From: Hydrolagus affinis
Taxonomy: Eukaryota
DNA length: 63,555 nucleotides
Assembly (NCBI GenBank): GCA_012026655.1
Contig: JAAILG010000211.1
Coordinates: 62,001 to 125,555, forward strand
Reading direction: 5' to 3'
A program made the position numbers and the translations under genes. Shown here in pieces: positions 62,885 through 63,555 of this stretch. A model generated the notes under the pieces. It had not been told where the DNA came from and searched no databases. It was given only the letters and a program-made list of their open reading frames with translations. The first letter of the stretch is position 1. The number at the start of each line of letters is the position of its first letter.

Positions 62885-63110
62885 GCCAACTTTAAGATCC
62901 TCACACTTGTCTACAAATCCCCTTATGCCTCCCTCTCTCTCTGACCTGCTTACACCCCACATCACCTTGTCTGGCTTTGGCCTCCTGCGTGTCCCTCAAC
63001 CCATCCGCACTACGATCGGCAGCCAAGCTTTCAGCCACTGCACCCCAAAACGTTGGAACTCTCCCCCTCATAAATGAAGGGTGTTCTATAATACAAATAT
63101 TGTTGTTGTA
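62885..63110 (+). mobile_element. Decayed, internally deleted L2 3' end
   Basis: aactttaagatcctcacacttgtctacaaatcc (NFKILTLVYKS), gctttcagccac...tggaactct, tail ...aaatattgttgttg. Confidence 0.75.
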
Positions 63111-63555
63111 TGTAAATGTCATTGCCATTTCCCCAAAACATAACAGATTAGATTAATACATTTTTATAAAAAAAAGACTAGAAATTTTATGTTGAGCATT
63201 TCCAAGTATAATATTTCAATAATAAAGTTGATGTACAATTTGTGGGGCATTGGTAGCCTTCTATTACCAAGGATCCTTCTTTATGTGTAAACCTACAAGG
63301 CAGAATCTAGCTTGAACTGATTGGTAAAATTAATAATGTTTTCCCTGTGTACATTAAAAAGATGATGGCTATTTTTAGCAATCAGCATAAGAAAGAAAGA
63401 CAGCAGAGAAGCGTTACCTTATAATCCTGGTTTGCTTACAGTGTGTTTGTGTTGAGGACCCTGATGTTTACTCATCGAAAACATTCAAAATACACCACTT
63501 CAAAACAGCACATGGAGAATAATGTAAAAACAACCTGATGATCTGGAAGTTAGCC

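Noticed and set aside
1-63555. Remaining 60-140 aa ORFs as genes or a novel gene system
   Set aside because: Their lengths and composition are as expected by chance in AT-rich DNA. Many use alternative starts or overlap SINEs, and none shows a recognisable domain.

Overview
AT-rich, CpG-poor vertebrate DNA, either intergenic or deep intronic, with one 100-N scaffold gap (2995-3094). I recognise no host protein-coding exon, tRNA, rRNA or CRISPR array. The only ORFs with recognisable homology are decayed LINE ORF2 C-termini (L2, CR1 and probably one RTE). The repeat content is many L2 3' ends with (TTG)n tails, CR1 3' ends, and two generations of tRNA-headed SINEs with Deu-like bodies and L2-type tails. 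From recall rather than a database search, this points to a cartilaginous fish, most likely a chimaera such as Callorhinchus. The most interesting observation is two apparently independent 50-60 bp L2 3' tails inserted antisense at the same position of the SINE 3' terminus, each with an apparent target-site duplication. Other notable items are an 88-bp CCCAG-terminated MITE with an AA TSD, a 34-bp near-perfect hairpin, inverted SINE pairs, a strong CTCF-like site with upstream module, and several repeat-free blocks that look like conserved non-coding elements. Repeat boundaries were read by eye and are approximate (about +/-10 bp). No novel gene system is evident.
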